NCBI GenBank assembly: GCA_963737155.1 | Contig: CAVTRN010000001.1 | Span: forward strand, 672,001 to 736,000 | Reading direction: 5' to 3' | Source of the DNA: Nitrospirota bacterium | Lineage (GTDB): Bacteria > Nitrospirota > UBA9217 | Length of the DNA: 64,000 nt | Position numbers and translations under genes: made by a program | In this document: in pieces, positions 29,372 through 39,210 of the stretch | Layout: each line of letters begins with the position of its first letter | How positions within the stretch are numbered: position 1 is the stretch's first letter | The notes under the pieces: generated by a model | What the model was told of the DNA's origin: nothing | The model's input: the letters and a program-made list of their open reading frames with translations, nothing else | The model's database searches: none

Positions 29372-30928
29372 CTAAATATGCATGATGGTAATTCCCGCAT
29401 ACCGATAAAGCACCTCTCCTACGAACACAATTCCTATGAGGCTAAGATAGGCGATCGCGGCTGTATATATTTTCTTGTCGAGCTTCGCCTCGGCCTGGAC
29501 ATCCGCTTCAGTGACGATGCTTGGTATCGTTGCCAGGACGGGAAGCTTCAGCACATCTCGGACGGTTTCTTCTTCCTTGAACGAATGATCGAGTTTGTCA
29601 AGACCTACCGCCGACCCAACACCTGCGGCTATTCCGAGCACAATGCCGACAAGAATCAGGATGACCCTATTCGGACTGACAGGAACGACAGGCATGCTTG
29701 GCGGATCAAAAATGCGAAAATTCATGGTTTTGTCTGTGTTCTCCAGGTTCTTCGAAACCCTTGCGCCTTCTCGTTTCTGTAGGAGATCATCGTAGACCTT
29801 CTGATAGGTGCTCTGGTCCTGCTGCAGCTTCTTCCATTCCTCTTGCTCCTTCGGCATTTGCCCCAGCATCGAGCGCTCCTCGCTCTGCTGATTCGCTAAC
29901 TCACTCAGTCGAGCCTTAAGAGAGTCGATTTCGGTATCGGTTTTCAACAAGTCCTCTTTTATCTGTTGATAAGCGGGGTTGAGCGCCTTCATTTCACTCC
30001 CGGCGCCGTCGCCCGCCGAGTTCTCCGGGTCGGTTTTTGTTGATTGTGACCGCCGCTTCTGGATCTCCCTTATTTCGTTCCTCACCTTGATCACTTCGGG
30101 ATAATCTTCCGTATATTTGGTCAACAGGAGTGTGAGCTCGTTATTGAGTTGATCCAGCCGCCCTGCCGTCATTTCTTTTTCGCCGGAAAGCTGTTTTTGA
30201 AGGTTTTCTCGTCTTCTCTGAAGTTCCTTCAACTCGATCGTGGCGTTTATTTGAGCGGTCTGATAGTTTTCTATTCGCCCCACGATCGTGCCGTCATTCT
30301 GCGGGATCATATTCGGGTGCTTTGCTCGAAATTCCTGGATCGCCTTATCCGTATCGTCAATCTGTTTCTTGTAGAGGGACAGTTGATCATCTATGAAATT
30401 GTAGGCCCCGATTGCTTCCGACCGCTGAAGCCCGGCATTTTCACTGATCAATTCTTTCACAAGTACGTCAACGAAATTCATGACGCCCTTCGGGTCGCGT
30501 CCGCGGTATGCAACTGTGAAATAATCTTGACCCGGCGGCAATCCAACACTTCCGGCTCCTCCGATGGTTAATTTGAGATTTTTTTTGATTGTCGCTACCA
30601 ATCCGTTGTATTGAGCTTCATTTTTCGTGTATTTGTCGAGCCCAATTTTTTTGATAACCTGTTCGATGAAACTCCTGCTCATGATGGTATTTTGGATATA
30701 CAACAACCGATCTTCATCTTGTTTAGAAGTGTCACCCAATGGGTTGGAGATGCCGCTCTTGTCTATAATTATGTTGGAACTTGACTCATAGGTCTTTGGC
30801 CATATAAAACTCCCCCACGTAAGCAGAGATAGAATTCCAAGGGCGACAGAAATTACCAGATATCTCCTCTTTCGGATAATCCTGACATATTCATCGATAT
30901 CAAAAGTAGCCGAATTTTCTTCTTCCAA
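29372..30928 (-). CDS. Polysaccharide co-polymerase / chain-length determinant (GumC/Wzc N-terminal part)
   Basis: N-terminal TM + PKTYES, coiled coils, YTEDYPEV, FRIFDPPSMP..PVSPNR + TM helices. Confidence 0.9.
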   Translation of the reverse strand: MEEENSATFDIDEYVRIIRKRRYLVISVALGILSLLTWGSFIWPKTYESSSNIIIDKSGISNPLGDTSKQDEDRLLYIQNTIMSRSFIEQVIKKIGLDKYTKNEAQYNGLVATIKKNLKLTIGGAGSVGLPPGQDYFTVAYRGRDPKGVMNFVDVLVKELISENAGLQRSEAIGAYNFIDDQLSLYKKQIDDTDKAIQEFRAKHPNMIPQNDGTIVGRIENYQTAQINATIELKELQRRRENLQKQLSGEKEMTAGRLDQLNNELTLLLTKYTEDYPEVIKVRNEIREIQKRRSQSTKTDPENSAGDGAGSEMKALNPAYQQIKEDLLKTDTEIDSLKARLSELANQQSEERSMLGQMPKEQEEWKKLQQDQSTYQKVYDDLLQKREGARVSKNLENTDKTMNFRIFDPPSMPVVPVSPNRVILILVGIVLGIAAGVGSAVGLDKLDHSFKEEETVRDVLKLPVLATIPSIVTEADVQAEAKLDKKIYTAAIAYLSLIGIVFVGEVLYRYAGITIMHI

Positions 30929-30938
30929 TTCTACCTCC

Positions 30939-31802
30939 CTAGAAGATGCTGCTCTTCACTGTAATAATATCGCCGGGCTTCAGATTGACGTTTTTCTTGA
31001 GATTCCCGTTCATGACATCCTTTAATTCGACCTCGATGTTCTCCACCACATTCCCTTCCCTTCTAACGATCAGCACGTCATTCCTGCTGGCGAAGTCCGT
31101 AAATCCCCCTGCGCTTAACACGGCATCGAGTGCGGTCATTCCTTCGAAGTAGGGAATGAGGCTCGGCGTCTTGACAGCACCAATGACCCGGATACGGCTG
31201 CGTGGGCCGCCCGGCAGGTAAATGAGGTCGTTCGGTTCGAGCTCGACGTCACGCGAAACATCCCCCTTTGCGACCAATTGCTCAAAATCTATGTTCAGCT
31301 TTTTTCCCTTTCTCATCAGATAGGCATCAGCAAAATTTACCTCACCCAGGGAGCCGAACTGCGTAAGAAGTTGCAGCAAGGTTGTGTGCCTTCGTAACGT
31401 CATCTGGCCGCCCTGGCTGCCGCCTTGGCCACCGCCTTGGCCGCCGCCTTGGCCGCCTGCCTGCGTCCCAGAAACACCATCTCCAAAAACATAGACCTTG
31501 AAGCTGTTGATCGCCGTGACCATGACACTGACGACCGGCGCTTTAATAAACCGAGCTAGATTTTTTTCCAGGGTCCTTTTTAGCTCTTGGGGAGTAAGTC
31601 CGGACGCTTGCACGTCTCCCACGAGCGGCATGGAGATCATCCCATCGGGTCGCACCGGAACGGTCACACCTAGTTCAGGATTTCCCCAGACGGATATCTG
31701 GAGCATGTCCTCGTCTCCAATTACATATTCTTCGGCGTATACAGATCCGATGGCGGCGAACAGTAGTGCAGAAATAATCAATAAATATATGCTTTTTTTC
31801 AT
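30939..31802 (-). CDS. Short periplasmic OPX (Wza-like) polysaccharide export protein with SLBB domains
   Basis: YVIGDED.LQISVW, VRPDGMISMPLVG, SLBB motifs; no lipobox Cys and no C-terminal OM helix. Confidence 0.92.
   Translation of the reverse strand: MKKSIYLLIISALLFAAIGSVYAEEYVIGDEDMLQISVWGNPELGVTVPVRPDGMISMPLVGDVQASGLTPQELKRTLEKNLARFIKAPVVSVMVTAINSFKVYVFGDGVSGTQAGGQGGGQGGGQGGSQGGQMTLRRHTTLLQLLTQFGSLGEVNFADAYLMRKGKKLNIDFEQLVAKGDVSRDVELEPNDLIYLPGGPRSRIRVIGAVKTPSLIPYFEGMTALDAVLSAGGFTDFASRNDVLIVRREGNVVENIEVELKDVMNGNLKKNVNLKPGDIITVKSSIF
31404..31457. repeat. 12-bp tandem repeat encoding GGQG units
   Basis: Repeated CCGCCTTGG/CCGCCCTGG units; protein GGQGGGQGGGQGGSQGGQ. Confidence 0.85.
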
Positions 31803-32050
31803 ATCTTCGCCTCTCGCGCCCCTTTTCCTCTAAGCATGTTATCGAACACCGTAGTATTCCGTCTCGAAACATCAAAACGGCCGCCTTCATCGGGATGACG
31901 AATAGAGGAACGTTTACAATGCTTCGCCCTCTCAGTTACATACGCAATTAACTGGCAAGGGCTCTTCTTTATTCTCATGCGCAGCATCCTAATAGTACAA
32001 ACGCCGAATCCTGCACATTTGTGTGTCAGATCTTCGGCTATGGCTTCTGT

Positions 32051-32719
32051 TTACAAGGCATTGACATCATGCGGCGCAATTTTCACCGCAACACTTCTTC
32101 CGAGGATATTCACGTTAACGACAAATACAAACTCGTCTATCTTCCTAATCAAAACACCTTCTGCGTTTATCAGCGGACCCCTGGTAACGCGGACTTTCGC
32201 TCCTTCTTTCAGCCCTGGGTAGACGTCAATGTCTATGCCGCTCCCGATCAGAAGCCTCAGAGAATCAATCTCATTGGAATCAACCTTTGCAGGCGATCCC
32301 GGTTCAAGAGTGACGAAACCCGCAATACCCCGCGTTTTGAGGACTTCAACGAAGGCCCCGGGAAAGGCCGGCACATGGACAAAAACATATCCCGGAAACA
32401 GCGGAAACTCAACGAGTTTTTTTCTATCTTTCCATTGTCTTAGTTTCTGTATGGACGGCGCAAAAACCTCAATCTCTTTCCGCACGAGTTCGCCGGCGGC
32501 AACAAATTCGTGTCTCGATTTCACATGGACAGCGTACCAGTTCAGTACCCCGCCTGTCGCCAGCCCATGGTTATTGCCATCCGCATGGGCCGTGGGATTA
32601 ACTGCAGTCTCAATCACGTCACGCCCCTCCATCGTAGTAATACTGCTTTTGTTCCGTCTTCGCTGCTCGGTTCCGCTGCCAAGGGGTTGCCGCCGAACCT
32701 GTCGGTCCTCCTTGCTCAT
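32051..32719 (-). CDS. NusG-paralog transcription antiterminator (UpxY/LoaP-like)
   Basis: WYAVHVKSRHE, PLFPGYVFV, KOW motif VRVTRGPL..AEG; start uncertain. Confidence 0.92.
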   Translation of the reverse strand: MSKEDRQVRRQPLGSGTEQRRRNKSSITTMEGRDVIETAVNPTAHADGNNHGLATGGVLNWYAVHVKSRHEFVAAGELVRKEIEVFAPSIQKLRQWKDRKKLVEFPLFPGYVFVHVPAFPGAFVEVLKTRGIAGFVTLEPGSPAKVDSNEIDSLRLLIGSGIDIDVYPGLKEGAKVRVTRGPLINAEGVLIRKIDEFVFVVNVNILGRSVAVKIAPHDVNAL

Positions 32720-33615
32720 TGCTTGTGTTCCTCTATTCCCAGTGCGCTCAGGAGAGCAGTATGGTCGACGCTCGTCTTTGGCGCCGTACTCTTTCCGCCC
32801 CAGTAAAGCGTCTCAAAGTCGAGGTCATTCGCGACTTCGTTAACCATGGTGGAGTCCACTTTCGTCGTTTCTTCATTAAATGCCGCAAGCAGCAGGAAAT
32901 CGCACAGTGTATTAATCAGCCTCGGTATTCCCTTGCAGTATTTATGGATGGCCTCAATGCTGCCGTTTACAAAGGTAACCGCATTTTTGTTGCCGGCGAC
33001 CTCCAGTCGGTGCTGGATGTAATTGAGGGTGTCGTCTTTGTCGAGAGGCTCGATGCTGCAGCTGATGCCGATCCTCTGTCGAAGCTGTCTCATGTTCGGG
33101 GCAGAAAGGATATCTCGCAACTCAGGTTGCCCAACAAGTAGTATCTGAAGGAGCTTCGACGTATTGGTTTCCAGGTTCGACAGCATCCGAATCTCTTCCA
33201 GAAGGTTGGACTTGAGGTTCTGGGCTTCATCGATGATGAGTACCGTGTTGCGCCGCCTCGTATGCTCTTCGATTAGAAATGCGTTGAGGTCTTTCAACAA
33301 CATGATTTTGTCCTTACCCTTGACGTCGAGACCGAAATCATCGTTGATCATAGCGAAAAGCTGCTCCGAGCTTACGTTGGTATTAAATATCCTGGCGATC
33401 GTCACATTATGTGCGAGTTGCCTGGTCAGATCGCTTATGAGTGTGGTCTTGCCCGATCCAACTTCTCCAGTCAGCAATATGAACCCCATGCCCTCTTGTA
33501 TGCCGTATTGGAGATAATTAATCGCTTTTTTATGCGTTTTACTTAAGTAAAGAAAAGCCGGGTTTGGAACTAGCTCAAAAGGCTTTAATTTCAATTTATA
33601 AAATGCTTCGTACAT
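32716..33615 (-). CDS. ExeA-like AAA ATPase of XrtA/PEP-CTERM-type loci
   Basis: MYEAFY.L..KPF...P, Walker A GEVGSGKT, IIDEAQ, LVGQPEL, GIPRLIN. Confidence 0.93.
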   Translation of the reverse strand: MYEAFYKLKLKPFELVPNPAFLYLSKTHKKAINYLQYGIQEGMGFILLTGEVGSGKTTLISDLTRQLAHNVTIARIFNTNVSSEQLFAMINDDFGLDVKGKDKIMLLKDLNAFLIEEHTRRRNTVLIIDEAQNLKSNLLEEIRMLSNLETNTSKLLQILLVGQPELRDILSAPNMRQLRQRIGISCSIEPLDKDDTLNYIQHRLEVAGNKNAVTFVNGSIEAIHKYCKGIPRLINTLCDFLLLAAFNEETTKVDSTMVNEVANDLDFETLYWGGKSTAPKTSVDHTALLSALGIEEHKQ

Positions 33616-33724
33616 GTAACGTTCCTTGTATATTCTATTTGAATTTAGCTATGCCAGTTTGTAAGCTGGGGAAAGATATAATATCCATTTTATATTCTTT
33701 AATCTGTCGGAAATGTGATGCAAA

Positions 33725-34102
33725 TTACAATTGTGCGCGCTGTTCTGATTCATTCATCGTCTGACTTACCAATGATCTGAACTTTTGATAATCGAGAGGT
33801 TTAAGCATACAGTGCGAAAGTGACTTATCAAAATGATCAAGTGTCGCCATCAATTCTAGGCTTAGATGATCTGACAAAATAATTATAGGGATTTTCCATT
33901 TTTTCACCTTTTCGAGCATAGACGCACCGTAGGGATAACTTGTAATTACAAGCCCAATGTTACTAAAATCAACCCATGAATCAAATTGATGGGCATCTGG
34001 AATGATATTTGTGCCGAACCCTTCGTTTTCCAGTATTGCAGAACAGATTCTTGAGAAGCCCGCTTCATCGATTATAAGTATTTTTTTCTTAGATATTTGC
34101 AT
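33725..34102 (-). CDS. Atypical receiver-like domain protein
   Basis: KILIIDE, LVITS, PIIILS, KPL pattern; the phosphoacceptor Asp is replaced. Confidence 0.7.
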   Translation of the reverse strand: MQISKKKILIIDEAGFSRICSAILENEGFGTNIIPDAHQFDSWVDFSNIGLVITSYPYGASMLEKVKKWKIPIIILSDHLSLELMATLDHFDKSLSHCMLKPLDYQKFRSLVSQTMNESEQRAQL

Positions 34103-34115
34103 AACTACTTATATA

Positions 34116-34131
34116 TGCAATGATTATACCC
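34116..34131 (-). promoter_or_regulatory. Possible sigma-54 -24/-12 element
   Basis: GGGTATAATCATTGCA (GG-N10-GC) just upstream of the first gene of the block; imperfect consensus. Confidence 0.3.
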
Positions 34132-34953
34132 TTTTTACATTATCCGATAGGGGCATCTCCTAACTTAGGTGATCACAGTATTTGCCAGCTCTTCAAAGGC
34201 AAGTCTCCGATTAAAATAATTATAATACAATATTTTCAATTACTTATGATATTACAGAACGCCTGTTTCTAAAATTAGATTCAAACTTTCTAAAATATTT
34301 AGGCGAGGTGGACACCCCTATATTTTAATTTTTTTTAAAGGTAGGCGAAAAACCGCCATTATAAAGATATGTTTCTGAAGGAAACATATATCCAGGTAAT
34401 TAAAGATTTAGATTGTATCCATGGGAAACATATTAAGCTTTGTCATTGCTGTCCAAAATAATCCTGAGAATGTCATTAAAAATGTCATTTTGGACATTCA
34501 AAGTAGTTGATTTTAAACAAATACAATTGCAGGTGAAAACAGATTTCCAGCAACATAAATATGCAGCCCAAAGCGTTTTTTGATAATGTTCAGGGACATT
34601 ATTTATTGATTTTATGTTCATGATATCGTTAACTATCAAGTACTTAGTATCTTATACTGAATATTAAGTAGGTAGTATGGCCATATTAATACCGATTATA
34701 ATTGATCATTCTCTTATCAGGCCAATTGATTGCAAATATGTTAGCAAACGATGTTGAACGTTATTAGCTAGTAGAAACAATCTACTGCCGTGTGAGCTAT
34801 GACATCCATTAAATGCTCTAAAATAGAGCTTTGATGACGTTTCGCTCAATTCCGTGTTTCCTTATGCACTTTTAGGTGTCAAAATTCTGTCAAAAATAAA
34901 ACCTATTTTTGGACAAGAGTGAGGAATCCTATATTTTTGCTTTATTCATAATA

Positions 34954-35101
34954 TGCTTATCCGGTTTACACATCGTAATAGCTAATAATATTGGCAGATC
35001 CTTTTAAAAAATATATTTTGTTACAAAAAATTATAGTTAATATTTGCGATGATTAATCCATAAGGTAAATATCCCCAATAGGTGCATTAACCGGATAAGC
35101 A
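34954..35101. repeat. Perfect 13-bp inverted repeat enclosing 122 AT-rich bp
   Basis: TGCTTATCCGGTT at 34954..34966 and AACCGGATAAGCA at 35089..35101. Confidence 0.75.
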
Positions 35102-35334
35102 GGCACATTCGTAATTAAGTTAAAAGCCAAACTTTACCAGAATCGGTTTCCTACAAACAAAACACGATGGTTTCATTCAAAAAAATAAGGGGCTTCAGTT
35201 TTTCATCAACCCATTGGGTAAGAATTTGAACTTTTCCACAGTTGCCATAACTTTCAATAATATAGAGCTATTTATAGACAAATTCGATTTCCATTGCCAA
35301 CTTTGAGGTTAATCCGATATCTGAAGAAATGCGG

Positions 35335-35496
35335 CAGGAAAGCGGAGCGTCGTTTGGAGATGCCAACGACGACTCAAGCTGAAGTCCTCTCCGCCTTTGG
35401 ATACGCTAATGATGCAATGGTGTCTTACATTAAAAAATCAATAGCACTACGTTATTATTAACGATTATGCGAAAGTACAAAGATTATGGCTTAATC
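35335..35496 (+). mobile_element. Decayed transposase 3' end / IS end (IS1634-like)
   Basis: Encodes RKAERRLEMPTTTQAEVLSAFG; homologous in inverted orientation to 51097..51258. Confidence 0.55.
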
Positions 35497-35619
35497 TCCT
35501 TTTTTACACCGCTTACTGCCATTATGGCGGGCGCGGAGTGACATAACGCTTTTGCTAAGAGCAGATTCCGAGCAATATTTTATGGAGGTGTAAATGTGCT
35601 CGATCATTCTTAACCTGTC

Positions 35620-36810
35620 CTAAAGTCTCTTCGCCACTGCGTCGATAAATTCCTCTGTCAGCGCGTATTTTGAAGGTTTCGGCTCTGCTATAGACGCCAG
35701 GTCTTTGGTCATCACGCCGCTTTCAATGGTCGCAATGACAATCTCCTCGAGTTTACGCGCAAAGGCTGCGACATCCGGTGTGCCGTCCAGTTCGCCGCGC
35801 CGGGCAAGCGCGCCGGTCCAAGCAAAGATTGATGCCACGGAATTAGTCGATGTGGGATTTCCCTTGAGGTGTTCATAGTAGTGGCGCATAACCGTGCCAT
35901 GGGCTGCTTCATACACATACTTGCCCTCTGGCGAGACGAGCACCGATGTCATGAGCCCCAGGCTTCCGAAGCCGGACGCTACCATGTCGCTCATCACGTC
36001 GCCGTCATAATTCATGCAGGCCCATAGCATGCCACCTTCCGCTTTCATAATCTGAGCTACCGCATCATCGATCAACATGTAGCGATATTTGATTCCCTGT
36101 TTTTCGAAGTCCGACTGGCGGGCTTCAGCTTCCTGATCGAAGATATCTTTGAAAAATCCATGATAGGTTTTGGATATAGTGTCCTTAGCGCCGAACCATA
36201 CATCGGTCTTTTCGCTGAGTGCATAATTTAAACAGGACTTTGCGAAACTCCGAATCGACTTCTCCGTATTATGCATGCCCATGATTATTCCGGGCCCCTT
36301 GAATTCATGGATAACGAGTGCCACCCGCTCGCCCGATGCGGGGGTGAAAACAAGCTCCGCCCTACCCTCTCCATTCACCTTGAACTCCACGGATTTATAG
36401 ATATCGCCGTAGGCATGCCTGCCGATGCTGATCGGCTTCTTCCAGCTTCGCACTGCCGGCGGAATGTTCGTCACGATAATGGGCTTTCGGAAAACCGTAC
36501 CATCGAGGATTGACCTGATCGTGCCGTTCGGGCTTTTCCACGCCTGTTTGAGCCCGTATTCCTTGACTCGGACTGCATTGGGCGTGATGGTCGCGCACTT
36601 CACTCCCACCCCCCACTTCTTTACGGCATTCGCCGAATCAGTTGTCACTTGGTCATCGGTCTCGTCCCGGTGATTAACCCCGAGGTCATAATATTTCAGG
36701 TCCATGTGTATATGGGGGAAGAGCAGTTTTTCCTTGATCATCTTCCAGATGATCCGCGTCATTTCATCGCCATCCATCTCCACGATGGGGCCTTTTACGG
36801 TAATAGCCAC
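35620..36810 (-). CDS. icd: NADP-dependent isocitrate dehydrogenase (type II)
   Basis: [37 protein letters not shown]; GTG start after GGAGA. Confidence 0.96.
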   Translation of the reverse strand: MAITVKGPIVEMDGDEMTRIIWKMIKEKLLFPHIHMDLKYYDLGVNHRDETDDQVTTDSANAVKKWGVGVKCATITPNAVRVKEYGLKQAWKSPNGTIRSILDGTVFRKPIIVTNIPPAVRSWKKPISIGRHAYGDIYKSVEFKVNGEGRAELVFTPASGERVALVIHEFKGPGIIMGMHNTEKSIRSFAKSCLNYALSEKTDVWFGAKDTISKTYHGFFKDIFDQEAEARQSDFEKQGIKYRYMLIDDAVAQIMKAEGGMLWACMNYDGDVMSDMVASGFGSLGLMTSVLVSPEGKYVYEAAHGTVMRHYYEHLKGNPTSTNSVASIFAWTGALARRGELDGTPDVAAFARKLEEIVIATIESGVMTKDLASIAEPKPSKYALTEEFIDAVAKRL

Positions 36811-37232
36811 GTTTATCTCCTTGGGAAAAGTGTTTATGTACTTGCAGAATGGAGGGAATTTTAATGCCAAGCCGCCAAATTGTCAACTAAACAAGAGCAT
36901 GGAACAGCAATTGAAACCTTGGATTAACACGGCTAAACACTAAGTGGGACAAAAACAACTATTCTTTTGTAGCTGACCATCCCATGTCCATGATGTTCGT
37001 GCCAAGGGAAAGGATATCTTTTGCTATCCTATTTTGTGCACGCTGTCTGGTCTCGGCAAGAGAAAGACGGCGTTTTTGCTTTACTGGAAAATTGTTTTTC
37101 ATATATCATAATGCACTTAGTCCAGTAATTGTTAAGTTCCCGCATTCCTCCCATGGCTAAAAACAGGGGCCATCCGCAGCTGTTTCGGATACTAGTTCCT
37201 TATTCGTGCTCGTCAGTGGTTAATAAAAAGTT

Positions 37233-39137
37233 CTATTTTAACGGCTTCCTGGCATATCCAACCTCTTTTAGCGCCGACTCAATCTCGTCGAGCGTTGCCG
37301 GATCGTCGATCGTTGAAGGCACGGCATACTGTTCGCCATCAGCGATTTTCCGCATCGCGCCGCGAAGGATCTTGCCCGAACGGGTCTTCGGAAGCCGCTT
37401 GACCACACACGTTTCCTTGTAGCAGGCAATGGGCCCAATGGTATTGCGCACCATCAGGAAGAGTTCTTTTTTCACATCTTCCGCTTCGCGGTCTGCGCCG
37501 GATTTCAACACAACGAGCCCCAGCGGTAGCTGACCCTTGAGGCTGTCGTGAACGCCGATAACCGCGCATTCAGCCACATCCTTGTGTGTGGACACGATCT
37601 CCTCCATCTCGCCTGTAGACAGCCGGTGACCGGCAACATTGATCACGTCGTCCACGCGGCCCATGATAAAGACGTATCCCTCTTCGTCAATATATCCGCC
37701 GTCACTCGTAAAGTAGTAGCCGGGGAACGGCTTGAGATAGGATTCGAGGAACCGCTGGTCTGCCTGCCACAGTGTTGGAAACGTTCCCGGAGGAAGAGGG
37801 AGCTTGATCGCGACCAAACCTTCCTGCTTGGGCCCAAGTTCCTTTCCGCAGGTATCGAGGATCTTTACGTTGTACCCCGGCACGGGTTTAGTTGAGGAGC
37901 CGGGCTTGACCGTGAATGATTCGATGCCGATAGGGTTGGCCGTGATAGGCCATCCGCTCTCGGTTTGCCACCAGTGATCGATGACGGGCTTCTTCAAAAG
38001 ATTGTGCGCCCAGTGATAGGTATCGGGATCCAGCCGTTCACCGGCCAGAAAAAGGGCAAGGAAGCCTGACAGGTCGTATTTTTTAATGAACTCGCCATTC
38101 GGATCCTCCTTTTTAATCGCCCGGAATGCCGTCGGCGCTGTGAACATTACCTTCACGTTATGCTGCGAAATCACGCGCCAGAAAGCCCCGGCATCAGGTG
38201 TTCCCACGGATTTTCCTTCATACAATATGGTTGTGCAACCTGCAAGCAGAGGCCCGTATACAATATAGGAGTGACCCACGACCCACCCCACATCCGACGC
38301 AGCCCAGAACACATCGCCGGGCTGGACCCCGTAGATGTACTCCATGCTCCATCGGAGCGCGACTGCATGGCCCCCGTTATCGCGCACTACCCCTTTGGGC
38401 TTGCCCGTTGTTCCTGACGTGTAGAGAATATAGAGCGGATCAGTGGCCGACACCGGCGTGCATCCCACGGGGTGGGCGCTCTCCATAAGCTCATTCCAGT
38501 CCAGATCGCGGCCGAGAATCATCGATGCTTTTACGAAGTGGCGCTGAAAGATGATGCATTTCGCCGGCTTGTGTGAGGCTTCATGGATGGCCTTGTCAAT
38601 CATGGGCTTGTACTCGATCAGCCGTTTGACTTCAACTGCGCCAGACGCAGTAATGATAAGTTTCGGTTTTGCATCGTCAATCCGTATAGCAAGTTCATGA
38701 GGCGCAAACCCGCCGAACACAACGGAATGGACCGCGCCTACCCGCGCGCAGGCAAGCATGGCGATCACAGTCTGGGGGATCATGGGCATGTAAATGATGA
38801 GGGTATCGTTCTTTTTGATACCAAGGGTGGTGAGCACACCTGCAAAGCGTGATACCTGTTCCAGTAGCTCGCGGTAGGTAAATTCTTCGATCGTGTTCGT
38901 GACCGGGCTGTCATAGATGAGCGCCACTTGGTCCCCGCGGCCGCTTTCGACGTGCCGGTCTATAGCATTGTAGCAGGTGTTCAGCTCCCCGCCCTTGTAC
39001 CAGCGGTAAAACGGCGGATTGGACTCGTCGAGTACGGCATCCCATTTTTTGTGCCATCCAATGGACTCGGCAGCCTGGCCCCAGAAGCCATTGGGATCTT
39101 TTATACTCTTCGAAAACAGCTCTTCATACTTACCCAT
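37233..39137 (-). CDS. prpE: Propionyl-CoA synthetase / short-chain acyl-CoA ligase
   Basis: YTSGTTGKPKG, DHWWQTE, INVAGHRL, PKTRSGKILR. Confidence 0.88.
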   Translation of the reverse strand: MGKYEELFSKSIKDPNGFWGQAAESIGWHKKWDAVLDESNPPFYRWYKGGELNTCYNAIDRHVESGRGDQVALIYDSPVTNTIEEFTYRELLEQVSRFAGVLTTLGIKKNDTLIIYMPMIPQTVIAMLACARVGAVHSVVFGGFAPHELAIRIDDAKPKLIITASGAVEVKRLIEYKPMIDKAIHEASHKPAKCIIFQRHFVKASMILGRDLDWNELMESAHPVGCTPVSATDPLYILYTSGTTGKPKGVVRDNGGHAVALRWSMEYIYGVQPGDVFWAASDVGWVVGHSYIVYGPLLAGCTTILYEGKSVGTPDAGAFWRVISQHNVKVMFTAPTAFRAIKKEDPNGEFIKKYDLSGFLALFLAGERLDPDTYHWAHNLLKKPVIDHWWQTESGWPITANPIGIESFTVKPGSSTKPVPGYNVKILDTCGKELGPKQEGLVAIKLPLPPGTFPTLWQADQRFLESYLKPFPGYYFTSDGGYIDEEGYVFIMGRVDDVINVAGHRLSTGEMEEIVSTHKDVAECAVIGVHDSLKGQLPLGLVVLKSGADREAEDVKKELFLMVRNTIGPIACYKETCVVKRLPKTRSGKILRGAMRKIADGEQYAVPSTIDDPATLDEIESALKEVGYARKPLK

Positions 39138-39210
39138 GTCTCTCCCCCTTTAGGATTATGACTGCATGGTTTCGCGCTCTTCGCATGATAAGGAGTACCA
39201 GTGATGTTTT

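Noticed and set aside
34433-34639. 68-aa ORF in the AT-rich upstream region
   Set aside because: No RBS or motif; more simply explained as regulatory DNA.
35500-35700. icd 3' end as an integration site for the glycan/NRPS block
   Set aside because: No duplicated icd 3' end or integrase for this block is seen in the window; it cannot be supported here.
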